The notes under the pieces were generated by a model. That model saw only the letters and a program-made list of their open reading frames with translations, searched no databases and had not been told where the DNA came from. From the NCBI GenBank assembly GCA_000025185.1, contig CP001848.1:570001-602000 (forward strand): a stretch of DNA of 32,000 nt. The letters run 5' to 3'. Source of the stretch: Pirellula staleyi DSM 6068 (GTDB taxonomy: Bacteria > Planctomycetota > Planctomycetia > Pirellulales > Pirellulaceae). How positions within the stretch are numbered: position 1 is the stretch's first letter; each line of letters opens with the position of its first letter. Both the position numbers and the translations under genes were made by a program. Below, piece after piece: positions 1 through 9,088 of the stretch.

Positions 1-518
1 TCGTCGAAATACTCCCCGATTCCAAGGCAGCGATTTTCGAGCATGTCGAAACGAAAGAGCGCCGGCAGGTGGGATTCGACATGATCCATGTCACACCACC
101 GATGAGCGCGCCGAGCATCATTCAAAAAAGCACGCTGGCTAGTAGTGCTGGCTGGGTCGAGGTCGATAAGCACACGCTACAGCACCCACGTTTTCGCAAC
201 GTCTTTACGCTCGGCGATTGCGCTGGCCTTCCGACTTCGAAAACAGGGGCCGCAATTCGCAAACAAGCGCCAGTCGTGGTGGCGAATCTGCGCAGCGCAC
301 TCGCGGGAGAACCTCTCGCGGCGAAATACAATGGCTACACGTCGTGTCCAATCGTCACCGGTTATGGAAAACTGATCCTCGCCGAGTTCGACTACGACGG
401 GAACCCACAAGAGACGTTTCCGTTCGATCAAGCGCAAGAGCGATGGTCGATGTACCTGCTGAAGGCCTACGCACTTCCCACCCTCTACTGGAACGCGATG
501 CTGCGAGGCTGGGCCTAA
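1..518 (+). CDS. sqr: Sulfide:quinone oxidoreductase, type II (C-terminal part; 5' end lies outside the window)
   Basis: Frame 3 is open from nt 3, so the listed GTG at 69 is internal. The translated sequence (FDMIHVTPPMS, GWVEVDKHTLQH, LGDCAGLPTSKTGAA, YNGYTSCPIVTGYGKLILAEFDY, ETFPFDQAQER, LYWNAMLRGW) is collinear with the C-terminal half of SQR/SQOR-family flavoproteins as I recall them. Stop at 516-518. Confidence 0.8.
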   Translation, partial: VEILPDSKAAIFEHVETKERRQVGFDMIHVTPPMSAPSIIQKSTLASSAGWVEVDKHTLQHPRFRNVFTLGDCAGLPTSKTGAAIRKQAPVVVANLRSALAGEPLAAKYNGYTSCPIVTGYGKLILAEFDYDGNPQETFPFDQAQERWSMYLLKAYALPTLYWNAMLRGWA

Positions 519-624
519 TCGCTACTCCCAGAACATAGCGCTGAGTAGTGTCGATTTCCTTGGTAGACTGGCGGCGCATTGCTTTGCGAGCAACGTCCCC
601 AACTCTCCTCGAGGAACTATCGAG

Positions 625-2514
625 ATGCGTTCTCTTCCGCTATCGCTTGTTTCACCACTGACATTCGCCTTCGCCTACTTAGTCAGCCTCACTTGGTGCA
701 ATGCCGAAGAACTGCGCTGCGACGTGCTGGTCTATGGCGCAACCCCCGGCGGCATCGCCGCCGCCCTTGCTGCTGCCGACGATGGCGAGAACGTGATTCT
801 CGTTGAGCCGACCGAGCGCATCGGGGGCCTAGTGACCTGCGGACTCTCGCATACCGACTATCACGCTTACGACGGCCTCACCGGATCGTTCCTCCAGTTT
901 TCGAAGCGCGTCGAGGCCTACTATGTGAAAAAGTACGGCCCTGACTCGCAGCAAGTGAAAGACTCCTGGCGCGGCACGTTTGGAGAGCCGCACGTGAATT
1001 TGCTGATCTTCAAGCAGATGCTCGCCGAGCGCAAAAACATTCGCGTGGTGACCAATGCTGAATTATTACGGTGCGAGGTAAAGCCCCTTCATCTGATCGA
1101 CCCCCAAGCGCCGCTCGGACCACCCAAGATTATCGAATGCCAATTCGATCAAGGATTGGCCGAGTCACTTGCGATTCGCGCCGAGATGTTCATCGATGCT
1201 TCGTATGAAGGTGACCTGATGGCGATGGCGGGTGCGGAGTATCGTGTCGGCCGCGAAGCGCGCGATGAGTATGGCGAATCTCTCGCCCCCGAGCAGGCCG
1301 ATGATCAGTTGCAGGCCTACAACTTTCGCTTCATCATGACGCAAGCTGCTGAAAATCGTGTCACCCCGCTCGCTCCACCCGGCTACAACGCCGACGACTT
1401 TCTGCCGATCGTCGAAGTGCTCAAAAGTGGCAAAATCAAGTCGATTTTTGGCTACCCGAACGACTGCATCTTCAAAGCCCAACTACCTCCGCTCCCCAAC
1501 AGCAAGCACGATATCAACGACGTTTCGAAGTCGGCCATTCGCCTTTCACTACCAGGCATCAATCGCGCGTGGCCCAATGGCGATCGCGAAACACGGGCGA
1601 AGATTTTTGCCGAGCACCGCCGCGATCAAGAGGGTTTGCTCTACTTCCTGCAGAACGACGAGCGCGTGCCGGCCAAGTTTCGCGACGAAGCACGCACCTG
1701 GGGCTGGTGTAAAGATGAGTTCGAGTCGACCGGTCATCTGCCACCGCAACTCTACGTGCGTGAAGCGCGGCGGATGGTGGGGCTGTATGTCTTCCGACAG
1801 TCGGACTGCGAGAATGCCCCCGGCGATGCCCGCGCGAAACTGTTTACCGACGCGATTGCGATGGGCGAATATGGCAACAACTGCCACGGCACCGCGCACG
1901 AAGGTCCCCGTTTTGGCGGCAAGCATACGGGCGACTTCTACCATGCGACTCCCCCGTACCAAATTCCGTATGGCGTGATCGTCCCCACGGAAGGCGACAA
2001 CCTGCTGGTGCCAGTGGCTGCCAGCGCCACGCATGTTGGCTTTTGTGCCCTGCGGCTCGAGCCCATTTGGATGTCGATGGGTGAAGCGGCAGGTCACGCC
2101 GCCCACTTCGCCCGTAAAGAGAAGGGAGATACTCGCGACCCCGCGATCATTTCGCAGGTCCAAGCACGATTGCACGCCACCGGCGCGGCGACGATCTACT
2201 TCAGCGATGTGCTGCCAGGCGATGCTGATTTTGCGGCGGCACAGTGGCTCGGCACGGCCGGCGGATTTCATGGCCTTCACCCCCAGCCTGCAAAAGTGCG
2301 CGGCGCGAGCATCGTCGGCCAGTACAGCGAAAGCTACCCGGGTCACACCGCCGATCTCGACCAGCCGCTCGACGAGAAACTGGCTGTAAAGTGGAACGAG
2401 ATTGCGGAGGTACGGCAGATCGACGTCGCAAAACTCCCGCGAGCCGATGGCAAATTGACGCGCCGCGAGTGGCTCCGGGCTGCTTACAAACTACGAACAC
2501 CTCCAAAGCCATAA
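625..2514 (+). CDS. Secreted FAD-dependent oxidoreductase (PF12831-like)
   Basis: 629-aa ORF with no competing frame. It has an N-terminal signal-like hydrophobic stretch (LPLSLVSPLTFAFAYLVSL). This is followed by a dinucleotide-binding motif, DVLVYGATPGGIAAALAAADDGENVILVEP..IGG. GAGGA lies about 10 nt upstream of the ATG. The substrate is unknown. Confidence 0.75.
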   Translation: MRSLPLSLVSPLTFAFAYLVSLTWCNAEELRCDVLVYGATPGGIAAALAAADDGENVILVEPTERIGGLVTCGLSHTDYHAYDGLTGSFLQFSKRVEAYYVKKYGPDSQQVKDSWRGTFGEPHVNLLIFKQMLAERKNIRVVTNAELLRCEVKPLHLIDPQAPLGPPKIIECQFDQGLAESLAIRAEMFIDASYEGDLMAMAGAEYRVGREARDEYGESLAPEQADDQLQAYNFRFIMTQAAENRVTPLAPPGYNADDFLPIVEVLKSGKIKSIFGYPNDCIFKAQLPPLPNSKHDINDVSKSAIRLSLPGINRAWPNGDRETRAKIFAEHRRDQEGLLYFLQNDERVPAKFRDEARTWGWCKDEFESTGHLPPQLYVREARRMVGLYVFRQSDCENAPGDARAKLFTDAIAMGEYGNNCHGTAHEGPRFGGKHTGDFYHATPPYQIPYGVIVPTEGDNLLVPVAASATHVGFCALRLEPIWMSMGEAAGHAAHFARKEKGDTRDPAIISQVQARLHATGAATIYFSDVLPGDADFAAAQWLGTAGGFHGLHPQPAKVRGASIVGQYSESYPGHTADLDQPLDEKLAVKWNEIAEVRQIDVAKLPRADGKLTRREWLRAAYKLRTPPKP

Positions 2515-2806
2515 CCAGCTTCGCGCCACTGTCGCTGGGGGGTGAACTGTGCACAACTGATGAACACTTTTTCGACAGCTTTGTGGCAAGGCAGAGCTGT
2601 GTGCTACGCGCCCTACCGCGCACGCATTGCCGGAACATCCGGAACACCCAACGCAAACTCCGGCCCTTCTCTCAGCCGCATTCTTGCCGCAAGTAGCAGC
2701 ATTGCGCAAGCAAGGTGGTACTTTTAAAAGTGAGTCCTGCCCACCTCACAATGTTGTCCCCTGATGCCCTCGGCATTGTATTCCTAACATTGCGCGACTC
2801 ACTCCC

Positions 2807-3856
2807 ATGATCATTTCAATGATTGTTGCCACACTATTTTTGCTACGTATGTTTCACTCCGGTCGCCACTGGCTATCCAAGTTCGCGTTTGCGCCGACAT
2901 CCCGTTTTCTGAAGTCGTCCGAGGGGACGACATCGATGGAATACGCGGTCGTTCTGGCGCTGATCGCTGCCACCTTAGTTCTCGCTGGTCAAGCGATGCA
3001 TGGTAGTGTCTCGAGTTCGCTCGTCGCTGCCAGTGCCGCCGTTTCGTCGGCTGTAACGACTCCTGCTCAGCTCTCCACGACGACGACTGCTCCTGTCGCT
3101 TCAACGTCAACAACAGCAGCTCCCTACTACGAAGCATGGCTGCAAGTTTCGGCCTGGAGCTGTTTAGTGCTCGCCACGCTGCTGGCCATTTACACCCGTT
3201 ATCGCAATGCACGCTTGGCTCGCGCTGTGGCCACGGTCGACTGCGATCCTGAGCCCACTACCGATCAGCCCGAGAATCCTGGTTACAGCAAGCGTCAGGA
3301 GATTCAGCGACTGCTCCGGCAGTCGATGGGACTGGTGGGTGATCATGCGATGAAGGTGCAGCACGTGATGTCGCAGCGCATTCTCTCGGTGACACCGCAT
3401 GTGCTCGTCAACGACCTCAAACAGTCGCTCGCTCGCGCCGGTTTTCGGCATCTGCTTGTGCTCCGCAGTGCAGAACTCGTCGGGGTGATTAGCGACCGCG
3501 ATCTGCATACCCGCAGCGGCCGATCGGCTGGTCAGATCATGACCCGCAGCCCGATTACCGTTACGAGCGAAACCTCCGTAACGCAGGCGCTCAGCATCAT
3601 GCTCTCGAAGCGGATCTCGAGTCTGCCTGTCGTCGACAACGGCGTGGTGCGAGGCATTCTCACCACCACCGATGCGATCATCACGCTGCAATGTCTCTTG
3701 CGACTCATCGACCAAGAGATCCAGCAGGACAAGAAGCATCCTGAACATGCGACCCTCCCCGACCTGCTCGAAACGAGCGATCCATCGGTCATCGGTGCGC
3801 TATCGATCGCCAGTCACTTGACGACGACCGACAGCAGCATGCTGACACCGACGTAA
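2807..3856 (+). CDS. Membrane protein with Flp-prepilin-like N-terminus, second TM helix and C-terminal CBS-domain pair
   Basis: RFLKSSEG/TTSMEYAVVLALIAATLVLAG fits the Flp-family G/XXXXEY processing motif plus hydrophobic helix (nt ~2903-2989). A Ser/Thr/Ala-rich spacer and a second TM helix (AWSCLVLATLLAIYTRY) follow. Two CBS repeats come next (VMSQRILSVTP..VGVISDRDL and IMTRSPITVTS..VRGILTTTDAI, nt ~3353-3700). An alternative start at ATG 2849 would give a more typical Flp leader length. Confidence 0.7.
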   Translation: MIISMIVATLFLLRMFHSGRHWLSKFAFAPTSRFLKSSEGTTSMEYAVVLALIAATLVLAGQAMHGSVSSSLVAASAAVSSAVTTPAQLSTTTTAPVASTSTTAAPYYEAWLQVSAWSCLVLATLLAIYTRYRNARLARAVATVDCDPEPTTDQPENPGYSKRQEIQRLLRQSMGLVGDHAMKVQHVMSQRILSVTPHVLVNDLKQSLARAGFRHLLVLRSAELVGVISDRDLHTRSGRSAGQIMTRSPITVTSETSVTQALSIMLSKRISSLPVVDNGVVRGILTTTDAIITLQCLLRLIDQEIQQDKKHPEHATLPDLLETSDPSVIGALSIASHLTTTDSSMLTPT

Positions 3857-3864
3857 GCTGGTTG

Positions 3865-5994
3865 CTACGACCTTGTCGTTGTCAGCTTACTGCCGAGACC
3901 TCGCAGCGCGGCGGCGATACTACTGGCTCCAGTCACTGGCGCTTGGCAGCTGAAGTTTTGGCAGATATAGAGTGACAGCTGGCTCGACTCTTTGCCTTGT
4001 ACTAGTGGCGCCACAGGGCTGCTGGCATCGACCGGCAGGCCCGTCATGAGAGCTGCCACCACTTTACGCGGCGCATAGATTTTGCGAAGCGCGCGTGCTG
4101 TTTCACGCACTTCTGCTTCGGGTCCTGCAAGGACGATCTCGCTCGTTGGACCAACAAGCAAATCAGCCGCTTGAATCATCACTGCCGAGGCGGTGGGATT
4201 CGCCGTCACGGAACCGGAGGCAGCCAGAATTGCGCGCTCGGATGCCAGCAAATAAGCCTGTTTTCCGGTGATTTTGCCGAGCCGAGCCAGAGCGAGTGCT
4301 GCCATGCTGCTGCCGCTTGGAACACTCCCATCGTGCATATCTTTAGCGCGCGTGATCAAGGCTTCGTGATCGTCGGCGGTGAAGAAAAACCCCCCGCGCT
4401 CGTGGTCAGAAAAGTGGGCGATCATTTGATCGGCAAGCTCGACAGCGGCGCTGAGCCAGCGCGTGTGAAAGTCGGCTTCGTAGAGTGAAACGAGTGCATG
4501 AACGAGGTAGGCATAGTCGTCGAGATACGCAGCGAGCTTCGCGCGGCCATGGCGCCAAGTGTGAAGTAAACGGCCATCACTATCGCGCAGATGCTGGAGC
4601 ACAAAATCGGCGGCTCGCTGTGCGGCCAGCAAATAACGAGGTTCATCGAGCACTCCTGCCACTTCAGCCAGAGCATCGATTGCCAGCGCATTCCAGCTCG
4701 TCAAGATTTTGTCATCTTTACCGGGATGGACTCGCTTTTCACGAACGTCGAACAGAATCGCCCGATCTTCGGCCAGCTCATTCGACAACACTTCGAGCGG
4801 CATCTCCCACAAGCGACTCCAATCAGCAATCGAGCGGCTGAGATTCAAAATGCTAAAGCCATGTTCGAAGTTGCCACCTGGCGCAACATCGTAGACCTGA
4901 CAAAAACGGCTGCCTCGCTCGGGACCGAGAACTTCGTAAATCTCGGCCGGTTTCCAAACGTAAAACTTCCCCTCTTCGCCTTCGCTGTCCGCATCCTCGG
5001 TACTGTAAATGCCCCCGAGCTCATCGGTCATATCGCGCAGGAGATAATTGCATGTCTCACGCATCGTGGCAGCAAACTTGGCGTCTCCCGTAGCCTGATA
5101 AGCACGCACAAGCGCTCGCAGTAACAGGCTGTTGTCGTAGAGCATTTTTTCGAAGTGCGGAACGAGCCAGCGCTCGTCGACACTGTAGCGCGCAAAGCCG
5201 CCGCCGAGATGATCGTAGATACCTCCAGCCGACATTTTTTCGAGAGTCACCAGGGTCATCTCGGCCACATCAACACGCGCAGAGCGTTGCCATTCGAGCA
5301 GTAGCAACTCGAGATCCATCGAGTGGGGAAACTTCGGCGCGCTACCAAATCCGCCATAGCGGCTGTCAAATGCGCGCGACAGCCGCGCTGCGGCGGTCTC
5401 CATCCAACCGTCGACCATCGAGCGAGAAACGGAAAGTGGCAGCTGCGCGGGGGTGTTAGAAGTCGCCAGTGAACCGAGATGATCGGTCAACTCCGTCGCT
5501 TGCGAGAGCGCCTGCTCGCGCCGATTTTTCCAAGCGTCGATTACTGCGCGAATCACGCGACTGAAGCCGGGCATTCCCTGGCGGTCGGTCGGCGGCCAGT
5601 AGGTCCCTCCAAAAAAGGGCTTCCCTTCTGGAGTCAGAAAAACCGACATCGGCCAGCCACCGCGCCCGGTCATCAGCTGCACGGCATCCATGTAAATCTG
5701 ATCGAGATCGGGTCGCTCTTCGCGATCGACTTTGATGCAGACAAAATGCTCGTTGAGATAGTCGGCGATCTCTTGGCTCTCGAAACTTTCGTGCTCCATC
5801 ACATGGCACCAGTGACAAGCGGAATAGCCGATCGAGAGGAAGATCGGTTTGTCTTCGGCGCGCGATCGCTCGAGTGCTTCGCTCGACCAGGGATACCAGT
5901 CGACCGGATTATTTTGGTGCTGAAGCAGGTAGGGACTCGACTCGCTTGCTAGTCGGTTGGGCATGGTCGTTTCGCAGTGTTCGAGAGGCTGCAT
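3865..5994 (-). CDS. Thioredoxin-domain protein, DUF255/YyaL family (thioredoxin-like N-domain + alpha/alpha-toroid, N-acylglucosamine-2-epimerase-like)
   Basis: 709-aa ORF. The N-terminus [52 protein letters not shown] is the hallmark of the DUF255 family. The long helical-repeat C-terminus is typical of it. The start may instead be the ATG at 5964 (MPNRLASE...). Confidence 0.85.
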   Translation of the reverse strand: MQPLEHCETTMPNRLASESSPYLLQHQNNPVDWYPWSSEALERSRAEDKPIFLSIGYSACHWCHVMEHESFESQEIADYLNEHFVCIKVDREERPDLDQIYMDAVQLMTGRGGWPMSVFLTPEGKPFFGGTYWPPTDRQGMPGFSRVIRAVIDAWKNRREQALSQATELTDHLGSLATSNTPAQLPLSVSRSMVDGWMETAAARLSRAFDSRYGGFGSAPKFPHSMDLELLLLEWQRSARVDVAEMTLVTLEKMSAGGIYDHLGGGFARYSVDERWLVPHFEKMLYDNSLLLRALVRAYQATGDAKFAATMRETCNYLLRDMTDELGGIYSTEDADSEGEEGKFYVWKPAEIYEVLGPERGSRFCQVYDVAPGGNFEHGFSILNLSRSIADWSRLWEMPLEVLSNELAEDRAILFDVREKRVHPGKDDKILTSWNALAIDALAEVAGVLDEPRYLLAAQRAADFVLQHLRDSDGRLLHTWRHGRAKLAAYLDDYAYLVHALVSLYEADFHTRWLSAAVELADQMIAHFSDHERGGFFFTADDHEALITRAKDMHDGSVPSGSSMAALALARLGKITGKQAYLLASERAILAASGSVTANPTASAVMIQAADLLVGPTSEIVLAGPEAEVRETARALRKIYAPRKVVAALMTGLPVDASSPVAPLVQGKESSQLSLYICQNFSCQAPVTGASSIAAALRGLGSKLTTTRS

Positions 5995-6658
5995 GCAAGT
6001 GGCACGCAGAGGGATCGAAAATCGTGTGCAGTTGGACGGTGGTTAATTGTAGTAGTGTAGTGATTCCGCACGCAGCGGAGTCTGTCGGCGGGCGGAAGTG
6101 CAAGTTCGGAGCGATCCCCCGAAAGTGTCTCTTCTAGAAACTGGGGAACGATTTTGCCAACCGGCGATGGACTGCATCGCGAGCAACATTCTTGCAAAAC
6201 ACGCGAAAAACAGCAGAAAAAAGATCTACGATTTTTGAGGTCGATTCGGGCTTGGCAACGAGGCGAGTCGCGCCTACTATTCCACTCCCACACACGACAA
6301 GCCGCTGTCAGCAGCGACCGGAAGTGGACTGAAAAAATTTCTCGTTTGGCACGCAAGATTGTGGCAAGCGAGGCGAAGAAGTTTCCGATACTAGAGGTCA
6401 GTCGGCGAGTTCACAACCGGCGGTTGTGCTATAATTCGCAGAGCGAGTGTTGTCACAAAACAAGCGATTGATCGCTTGTGCTAATAAGTAATTTTTACGA
6501 AACAGCGATACAGCCTTTGGCAAGATTTGACTGAGGGATCAACTTATCCGGGATGGCCTAGATCACTAAACGGCAAGTGCAGAAGCACGCCCGATCTCGC
6601 CAATCTCCCAGCGACTCCATTCCGTCGCAATCGGCCGAGGGCTTGTTTCACTAAGTAG

Positions 6659-6698
6659 AGCCCCGGAAGAGCAATCTTCTGGGGCTTTGCTATTTCTT
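6659..6698 (+). terminator. Candidate rho-independent terminator (11-bp stem, 6-nt loop, U-rich tail)
   Basis: AGCCCCGGAAG (6659-6669) pairs with CTTCTGGGGCT (6676-6686), including one G-U pair. The loop is AGCAAT and the tail is TTGCTATTTCTT. It sits in a gene-poor gap with no annotated + strand gene upstream, so its transcript is unknown. Confidence 0.4.
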
Positions 6699-7009
6699 GG
6701 CCGACTTTATTGCTTCTAGGCCGATCTTCAGACGCTTCCAGCGTGATGAGCTTGTGAACTAAGTGGCCTCCTGCTGTAGCGATTGTGCGAATTTCGAGGG
6801 GCAACTGATTCGCGTGACAGCCGGCTCTACGATTTTCTCGAAAACGACCACGACCTCCCGCAGGATCTTGACGTAGGTTTGCTGTTGCGAGGATTACTCG
6901 CGCTGCTGGTGCACCGCACCTGCTGGCCGTTTCCTTCGAGCGACAAATCCTCTGGCGAGCCCTGGCGATGCTCTTCTCCTTCAAGACTTGGCAGCACGAC
7001 CGCAAAGCA

Positions 7010-7288
7010 ATGTGGGCCGCGATCTATATTGCTGGCGCGTTTGTTGCCGGTGGTGGAATGCTCGAGGTCGTTTGCCTCTCGACACTGCTGCGATCCCACA
7101 ACTCGCAGACCGCAGCTGTTCCAAGCTCGGCAGAGACCAACGGAACTGACAGCAGTCTCGCGGCCAGTTCCCCGCCAGGGAGAGACGAGAAACAGCGGCC
7201 TGTTGCTCCCATGAGCGAACAACTAGCTGTGGCGACGAGCCCACCTGATGCCGTGCTGATTACTCCGACGCCTGGGCTCAGCCACTAG
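7010..7288 (+). CDS. Hypothetical small membrane protein (weak call)
   Basis: This is the only ORF in the 5995-7323 gap with genome-like codon usage. It has one hydrophobic helix (MWAAIYIAGAFVAGGGMLEVVCLSTLL). I recognise no homology, and the ORF could also begin at 6968. Confidence 0.3.
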   Translation: MWAAIYIAGAFVAGGGMLEVVCLSTLLRSHNSQTAAVPSSAETNGTDSSLAASSPPGRDEKQRPVAPMSEQLAVATSPPDAVLITPTPGLSH

Positions 7289-7323
7289 CTGACTCGACGA
7301 CGAATTGCATCGGATAAGAAGAT

Positions 7324-7788
7324 TTACGAAATCGACTGCTGATCGCTAGCGGTGGTGGTATCGCCCGACGCCACCAAAATGGCATCGCGACCTTGCTCGA
7401 GCGTTTGCTGAGCATTCTGCATCGCGAGGACTTCGAGCGCCTCTTCACGCGAACCGTAGTGCGGCCAGATTTGCGAAAAACGAGTCGCTACGAGAACCTC
7501 GCTGGCGATTGAGGAAACATTGCAGAGGACCAGTTTTCGGTGCTGTCGTTTCGTGTGCTTCCACAAGTGGACCATCCACTCGAGCATCGTGCTTCCGAAG
7601 TATGGAACACCCGCCAGATCGACCAGCACATCGCGCGAACCGGTCTCTTCGAGGCTTTTCTCGAGCGCTTTCCAGGTGGCGGCCAGATCGAGGTCGCGGT
7701 GCACACCAAACTTGTAGGTCGGTACTACTAGCAACACATGATCGGTCGTTTCGACATGCAGCAGTGGTGAATCATTCATGGTTGTCAT
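7324..7788 (-). CDS. STAS-domain protein (anti-sigma-factor antagonist, SpoIIAA/RsbV-like)
   Basis: 154 aa with a STAS-like layout: VLLVVP...LEKSLEETGSRDVLVDLAGVPYFGSTMLEWMVHLWKH...KLVLCNVSSIASEVLVATRF. A Ser sits at the usual phospho-acceptor position (FGST). Its ATG overlaps the upstream gene's stop as ATGA (7785-7788). Confidence 0.75.
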   Translation of the reverse strand: MTTMNDSPLLHVETTDHVLLVVPTYKFGVHRDLDLAATWKALEKSLEETGSRDVLVDLAGVPYFGSTMLEWMVHLWKHTKRQHRKLVLCNVSSIASEVLVATRFSQIWPHYGSREEALEVLAMQNAQQTLEQGRDAILVASGDTTTASDQQSIS

Positions 7789-8756
7789 GCTCCTTCGCGA
7801 CTGACACTCGCTCGTTTGATCATGGTCACTTCGTTGCCGGTGGCATTGAAATGCACTTCATCCATGAACGTGCGCATCAGCAAGAGTCCACGACCACTCA
7901 CTTTCTCGATATTCGCCGGATCCGTTGGATCGGGAAGTTTACGAGGATCAAAGCCGGGTCCTTCGTCCCGGATCACGAACGTCGCTTGTTCGATCGAAAC
8001 TCGGAACGACAAATGTAATCGTCGGCTTCGGAAGGGCTCCATGCAACTGCGAAGTGCCAAAAGTTCTTGATATTCGACCGGATCTCCTTCGCGCTGTTCG
8101 CTCGTGAGTTCGAGATTTCCGTGGAACATGGCGTTGCGAATTGCTTCTTCGAGAGCGATCGAAACGCGTATCACACTCGAGTCGTCGCACAGACCAACGC
8201 TGGTCAGCAAGCTTTGGGCATAACTAATCAGGGGAGGTATCAGTTCGGGATCGCTCGAGAGTTCGAACAGCAGCGCACCTTCGCGCAAGCATGCCAGCAA
8301 TTTTTTGTGAGCGACACCATCAGCCACCCGTGCTAGTACGTCGAGCACGGTCGGAACGAGCTGCTGCGCGAGATGTGCCTTGGGAATGTAGGTGGTGGCT
8401 CCCGCCGCAAGTGAGTCGACAGCCGCTTGTTCGGTCCCTGCACTGGTGACCACGATGACCGGGAGGCTGGGATATTTCGTAGTGACCGCTTCCACAAGCT
8501 GAAGACCGCCCGACTCAAATACTTCGCGATCCGCGCTTGTTGCTTTCGTCCGCGAGCGCGACACTTGTGCAGACGCATCGATGCCAGGCATCATCAGGTC
8601 GGTGATCACCAGATCGGGGAGCATGGCTTCGAGAGCCGCCAGCGCTTCGCGAGCCGAGGCAACCGACTGTACTTCGAGTGCGGTCGAGCGCTCGAGAAGT
8701 CCCGCCACGAGATGTCGGTCGACGGCTGTATCGTCGATCACGAGCACTTTTGGCAT
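7785..8756 (-). CDS. Response-regulator receiver domain fused to RsbW/SpoIIAB-type serine kinase (HATPase_c_2) domain
   Basis: Receiver motifs: KVLVIDD, DLVITDLMMPG, PVIVVTSAG, YIPK. The C-terminal half has SIALEEAIRNAMFHGN, FVIRDEGPGFDP and GRGLLLMRTFMDEVHFN, typical of anti-sigma-factor kinases. I prefer the ATG at 8756 (MPKVLVIDD). The ORF remains open up to 8843. Confidence 0.8.
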   Translation of the reverse strand: MPKVLVIDDTAVDRHLVAGLLERSTALEVQSVASAREALAALEAMLPDLVITDLMMPGIDASAQVSRSRTKATSADREVFESGGLQLVEAVTTKYPSLPVIVVTSAGTEQAAVDSLAAGATTYIPKAHLAQQLVPTVLDVLARVADGVAHKKLLACLREGALLFELSSDPELIPPLISYAQSLLTSVGLCDDSSVIRVSIALEEAIRNAMFHGNLELTSEQREGDPVEYQELLALRSCMEPFRSRRLHLSFRVSIEQATFVIRDEGPGFDPRKLPDPTDPANIEKVSGRGLLLMRTFMDEVHFNATGNEVTMIKRASVSREGA

Positions 8757-9088
8757 TGCGCGATTACCCTTGCGTGCGTGATTTTGGGGCGAGAAGCGAT
8801 GTGACAAGAAAAAATGGAGCGAGCGGCTGATAAGCGTCCCCACCAGCCGCGAGTGCGGCGTTCTGGCTACCAGTAGACCATTCTCGAAAGAATTCTACCA
8901 GCCTTGCTCAGCGTAACGAGCCCTGCGCTAACCCGCCCTGAAGATTCCATCAAGAATTGTCGCAAACTGGCTCAGCCAAGGCAAATCGCCCACCGAAGCG
9001 AGCGGCTGAGATTGGGTGGCTCATGCGTTGCGCCGGTAATTCGTGCGGAAATTGACGAAGAAGCGTTCTCAAAAATGGAAGACGCGCT

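Noticed and set aside
1549-2346. 265-aa minus-strand ORF and the 206-aa plus-strand ORF at 1358-1978
   Set aside because: Both lie inside the 625-2514 flavoprotein gene in other frames or on the other strand. Their composition is Arg/Ala-rich and not protein-like.
2630-2647. Tandem CCGGAACA-T-CCGGAACA direct repeat in the 2515-2806 intergenic region
   Set aside because: There are only two short copies with no further periodicity or flanking structure, so it is probably chance.
6531-6575. CTGAGG...ATCCGGGATGGCC reminiscent of the TPP-riboswitch CUGAGA / pyrimidine-sensor helix
   Set aside because: The resemblance is only partial. The ACCUGAUCUGGAUAAUGCCAGCG core and the helix pairing are not reproduced, and no thiamine-related gene lies downstream.
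6154-7005. ORFs 6154-6471 (+), 6544-7005 (-), 6783-7214 (+) and 6827-7222 (-) in the gene-poor gap
   Set aside because: They overlap one another and are Arg/Ser/Cys-rich. They have no hydrophobic core pattern or motif. I treat them as non-coding and keep only 7010-7288 as a weak candidate.
5995-7323. Possible tmRNA (ssrA), since smpB is in the window, or a tRNA, RNase P or SRP RNA in the gap
   Set aside because: There is no tRNA-like T-arm/acceptor 3' end (GGTTCGAnTCC...CCA). There is no GGGG...TTCGAC 5' end and no ...ALAA-stop tag frame. The GAGGAAAGTCC (RNase P) and GGAAGCAGCC-type (SRP) motifs are absent on both strands.
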